DNA of 32,866 nt. Source: Trichormus sp. ATA11-4-KO1. Lineage in GTDB: Bacteria > Cyanobacteriota > Cyanobacteriia > Cyanobacteriales > Nostocaceae. The stretch covers positions 1 to 32,866 of the forward strand of contig JAHHIM010000041.1 of NCBI GenBank assembly GCA_019358915.1. The letters run 5' to 3'. The notes below the pieces were generated by a model, which saw only the letters and a program-made list of their open reading frames with translations, was not told the DNA's origin and made no database searches. The translations under genes and the position numbers were made by a program. Below are positions 25,601 to 31,600 of the stretch, piece by piece (position 1 is the stretch's first letter; each line of letters starts with the position of its first letter).

Positions 25601-28600
25601 ACCCTGAAACACCGCAAATTGACCGTATTTATCTACCTGCTGGTTCTAGCCCTTCTGCAATTGTTTTTAGCTCTGATAAATACTACGCATACATTGCCGA
25701 TCGCAATTTGGGTGCAATATATGTGCTTGATGTTAATCCTAATTCACCAAATTACCATAAACACATTGGTACAATCCAAGTTCCTGAGTCGAAAGGTGTT
25801 CACCAACTAGCTATCAATAGTGATGGTACTTTACTGTTTGCCACAAGTCCAAATACAACATCAAATAAAGGTGAGATTACAGTTATTAATATCGAGCCTA
25901 GCGCCCGTTCACAAAGTTTTCAACAATATAATCGCATCGTCGAAACGGTGAAGACGGAGGCTGGCGTTACGGGAATCTCTGCAACAGAAAATCCCGATGT
26001 AATGTTCTTTACTAATCGTTATCAAGATGTACAAGGATTTGGTCAGCTAACTGTTAAACAAGATTTAAAAGGTAGCATCTCTTCTGAAATTGTGACTGCC
26101 AAGTTAAATCTTGGCAGCGTCTTTGATTATTTTGATGTGAATGAAGCCATCGCTGTAACAATGTTGCGCGACCAAAAGACTGGGATTGAATATGCTTTTG
26201 TTGCGGGACGTAACGGTCGTCAGTTTGGTAGCGGTATTGAAAGTATTGATGGGCAAGGAGCAGGAAGCAATGTTGGTATTGTTCGCATTGCTCCAGGTCA
26301 AGCACCTGAACTTGTTGCTGCTACCCGACCAATTCCGATGGGGTTAACTAGTTCGTTGACACTATCGGATGATAATTCCTACCTTTATGTTGCCAACCCT
26401 GGTGTAAATTCCACCTTTGTTTATGATGTGAATGAGATGATCAAAACTGTAGAAGCTGCTAACAACAGAGAACAGTTAAAGTCAAAACCTCTTGATGAGA
26501 TTAATCCACTTGTGGGAATAGCAACAAATATTCAGCAAGGTTCAGATCAAAATAGACCAATTGGTGCAGGGGCATCTTGGGGTACAACTTCACACGCTAA
26601 AGACCCGCAAATAATTTCTGTTAAGCCTGAAACTGAATATATTCCTGAAGCAGAAGAAGCACTGCGTAAAATTCGGTTTAAGTTTGGAGTTGATCCCATA
26701 TTTAGTCCGCTAGAACAAACATACGCATCCGCAAAACCAGTTGTTGAAGCAATTGCAGAAACAATTTTTGGTGAACCAGCCCAAGCACAACCACAACCAG
26801 TAATAATACCGAAGCCTTTACTAAGACCAATTCCATTCCCCAAAATTTACCCAAAACCGACTCAGTTTGGAAACCCCATAATATTCCCGAACCCAGGTCC
26901 AATCATCATCCCAGATCCAAACCTTGATCCAAATCCTAACCCACAAACGGACAAACAAACTCAGATTGATGAAATTGAATTTTTCCTCAGTACTTTCCCA
27001 GAGAATGAAGGGTTAATTCCAAAAGATTGGACTCCTGCACCCTTAGAAAGTGGTAGAGACTATAATCCCAACCGGATTATTTCTGCTCAATGGTCTAAGG
27101 GTAAATGGACTGGGAAGGATAGCCAAGGTCAAGAAGTTACTAATGATGGTTCTTACGATGAATTTACTTTGCCTGCTGACCGAATGTTAACAGCAGGACA
27201 AACTTACTACTTGGCAATGGTATTTAAGGGACGTAAAGGAAGCGAAGCATTTACAAAAAGATTTACAGATGTTTATAAAGTACCTATTTCGCAACTTCCT
27301 ACCCAACCTTCAATAGATACTTTTAGCAACGTTACAATTCTTACCCCAGGAATTGAGACAGATGCACAAGAATTTGCCAGTGCTGGTTTAGAAAATATCG
27401 CTAGAAAAGTAGCGGCAAATGGTGGAGATGTATTCCGGTATGTTGCAAATACTGGAAAATGGCAACCTGTACGTTACTTTTTCCCAACAACAGAACTTGA
27501 CCAACAACAGCAACAAGCAGATCATCCAAAAGAATCTTCAAAAGGTAGACCTTTGGTTCTTTTGGCAGATTGGACACGAGATATCGAACAGTCGCAGCTC
27601 TATAATTCAGGCTTTGCAGAAGCTGCTGCTGATAGTTTCTTTGCTTCACTAGTAACACTGGATCAAGAACTTGGTGGAAGTGTTGGAAGTTATGATAATT
27701 TTGGGAACCTCAAGCGCACCCAAGGTTCGCTATTCAACTCGCCATTGCACTTTATTGGTTATGGTCAGGGGGCAGTTGTTAATTCCGAAATTGTACAACG
27801 TTTGGGAACCTTTTTCCCCAATGCTGGAGGCCGCGATCGTTCTAAACGTGATTTACAGGTTACTGTGATTGATCCTATTGTTTATGGTCAATCTTCTTTC
27901 GAGCCACAATTGCGGAATATCCTCGATCCAAGAATTACTACTTGGCAGAATGTAACTTATGCTGATACTTATTTCCAGAATAATGCTGGAGAGAATCCTT
28001 TCCCAACATTACCTCAGTCTGATTGGGAAACTGATTTGAGTGATCGTGCTAGTTTTGAGTTAAATAATGGTACATTCACACCTCATAAAACAGCGTTAAA
28101 TTGGTACACTGGAACAGCTAATTTGACTCAAGGACTTGGCACAAATCGTTACCGTCGTTTGGGTGATTTACTATCAACTGGTATTGAAGATTATGAAAGA
28201 ACTTGGTACACCCCAAATCATACACAAGCCAATTTAAAACATGGAGATGAAGATGCTGCATGGGAAGGGATTGGTACTGGCTGGTTTACTTCTGTATTAG
28301 GAGGTGGATTTAATTATCGTCCTTATGGAGATACCAGCCAGAAACTTGGTAAACAGCAACTAGATACTGCATACTTTGAGCGCAATCGGACTCCAGTTTC
28401 TCAAGATAATACTGCCGATCCTCGATTGCGCGGTGACTTTGCTGTTCCTACGCTGTTTAATGGTAATTTCGATGCGATTTCCGCACAATTGGATCAAGAT
28501 ATTCCTGGTTGGAATTTCCAAGATTCTAGAGGTATTAACTCACAAAATAATTTGGTGTCCGGTATTGCAGGAAATCAAAGCATAGCTTTGAGATTAGATA

Positions 28601-31600
28601 CTCAGCTAAATAGTATTACGCATAACCAATTTGTAGTTCCTGATTGGGGTGCGTTGCGGTTTGATTTGCATGTGCCAGTTCCCGATTCTGTTACTGATTC
28701 TCAAAATAGTGTTGTCAGAGTTTTTCTTGACAACTATGAACTACGAAGTTCCGCTTTTCAGGGATTACTTAGAAAAGACCAGAAAAGAAACAATAATGAC
28801 GTAGATTATACTGACGACGGATATCCTGCTGTTGACTTGCGGCAATATAAAGGCAATCTAGGTGCTAGAAACGGAGAGGGACAATCTAACAGAATTAGTT
28901 TTGCAAAAGAAGGATTTCAAACTTTTCAAGTCGATATTCCTAATGAATTTCGTGGCAAAGTAGCAACTCTCAAATTTGAGTTAAGTGGAGGCAAAATAGT
29001 TTACTTAGATAACGTTTTCTTCAAGAGTCAACATCTATTATTTGGTAATCCACAGATGCTAATAGATGGTTCAAATAGACAAGAAGCGAGAAAAGATATA
29101 GATACTCCTAAATTCACTACTAGTTACAACCCCTATATCCCCACAGATCCTCCAAGTAGCTTTTCTAATAACTATCTGATTGAAAGACCTCAGTATTCTT
29201 TGTCATACAACAATGATTTAAAGACACCAAATTGGGTCAGTTATCAATTAAATAAATCTTGGCTTGGTGCTGAGAATGATAGACCCAGCTTTGCAGGAGA
29301 TCCCCATTTACCCTTTGCAATTCAAGTTGGTGAAAAGGATATTCCTGAAAGTAGTGGTTATGAGAGAGGGCATATGACTACTGCTAATCACCGTAATCGC
29401 AATGAACAGGATTATGTAGCAACTTTTCTGATGAGTAATATCATTCCTCAGCCATTACGTTACTCAAAAGACTCTAACGGGAAAGAACTGGAAGGTCAAT
29501 GGAATAAGCTAGAACTATATTTGACTGATTTAGTTCAAACTTATAATAAAGAACTTTACATTATTGCAGGAAGAGAAGGAGTAACTTTTAAAACTATAAG
29601 TTCAAAGGTTAGCGTTCCTGAAAGTATTTGGAAGGTTGTACTAGTTCTAGATCGTCCTGGTCAAGGAATTTCCGACGTAACTAAAGATACCCTCGCTTTT
29701 GGTATTTATTTACCCAACACCCTTGATGTAAATGGTAAAGGGCAAGATCCTAATGACGATTGGAAACAAAACTTTACACTTGACGGAAAGACATTTGGAC
29801 TATTTAATGTTGAAGAACTTGAAAAGCTAACTGGGTATAATTTCCTGTCTAATATTCCCACAGAAATTCAGAAAGCAATTGAAAACCGTGACGTTAATGA
29901 TATTTTCACCAGACTAAATGTCATTAAACCTACTTCCCTGATGGCTGCAATAGAGGAAGAGAATCTATTTCCATTTCCAGTAAGGACCCCTTTCAACACT
30001 ACCACTGGGCATAGTGGTCTCCCAAATCAAATTACCGAACCTACAAATATTAGTCTCCAAGACGTCAGCCGAACGAAAGTTAGCATGAGCCAAAATGGCA
30101 TAAGAAAAGCCACCGATGTTAGCTCCACAGAAGGTAGCACGACTAGCGTTCATATGATTCAGGTCGGTTCCCCTCAAATCGGCTTCAGTCAAATCACACC
30201 AACTCAAGTTGGCGGAATACAAATTAGCATCCCTGACAATAGCGCGTTTCAACCAAGCGCTTTCCAAGGAAACACCAAACAAATCGGCTCCAGTCAAATC
30301 GGCTCGACACAGATCGGCTTGTCTCAAATAGGCTCCGCGCAAGTTGATATCTCTCAAAATAGCGCCTTCGAGGTCAATCGAACTGTCGAGGGGAACACCC
30401 TCAGATTGAATCAACTCAATCCCTCGAAAATCGCGCTCTCCATCAGCATACCGAGCCAACAACTCCTCAGCAGTTATTTCCCAAACCATAATTTAACCTC
30501 CAACTTATTTTCCGATCTTAAATATAGTGCTACTGATCTGTGGCCATCCCTTTTCGACCCCACCTTAAACATCAACCTCCAAATAACCGACCTCCCCACA
30601 GGACAACTAGCAGAAGCCCAACTAACCCAATTCGACCCCCAAGGTCGCCCTAACGGAGGCACAATCCTCATCGACCACAACGCAAACGGCATCGGCTGGT
30701 TCATCGACACCACCCCGCTTGATAACAGCGAATTCACCACCACCCTCACCGACACAGCCTACCGCGCCACCACAGGCGAAGCATTCGGCAAATACGACCT
30801 GCTCACCACCATCCTTCACGAAACAGGACACCTATTAGGTATAATCAACGGCAACCCAGGCTTCGACCGCTACATCCAAACCATCAACAGCACCAAAACC
30901 TTAATAGGCAACAACTTCACCGCCACCCTCACCCCAGACGGTAGCCACCTTGACTCCCAGGTACACCCCTACGACCTGATGAACAACACCCTAGCCCCAG
31001 GCGTGCGTAAGCTACCATCATGGCTCAACCTACAAATGATTAACGCCATCCGTTCCCAGGAGTGGGGGAGTGGGGGAATGGGAGAGTGGGGGAATACCCT
31101 ACAAGCACCACTAACCGCGATACTCCTTGCAGACATCACCAACGGCAACTTCACCGAAACCAACACAACCAAACCCGAATACGGCTGGACAACCCGTGGT
31201 GCAGCCACCATCCTCAATCAAGAAGCCATCCTCACCGAAGACTCCCCCTTACTCAGCAACTTCACCCAAACCTTCATCATCCCTGAACACGCCAAATACC
31301 TCCAATTCACCCTGAAAAACACCACCTTGGGAGCAAACACCTCAACCACCCCAGGTGACGCCTTCGAGGTCGCATTACTCAACCCCAACACCAAACAATC
31401 CTTAATCAACACCAGCCAAGGACTCAGCCACACCGACTCCCTACTCAACATCCAAAACGACGGCACATACTACACCAGCAACAAAGTCACCTTAGTCAAC
31501 ACCACACCCAACAGCACCCTTACCCTCAACCAACCACTCACCTTTAAAGTAGACCTCACAGGCATTCAACCAGGAACCGCCGCCACCCTCTACTTCGACC

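Noticed and set aside
2017..28585. Dozens of 60-130 aa alternative-frame and antisense ORFs inside the giant gene
   Set aside because: They read as codon-bias shadows (Val/Leu/Ser/Pro-rich) with no family motifs, unlike 29965-30489.
30140..30360. Plus-frame QIGSS/QIGST repeat as an independent new domain
   Set aside because: It is the reverse-complement image of the ADL pentapeptide codons; whether it folds on its own cannot be judged from sequence.
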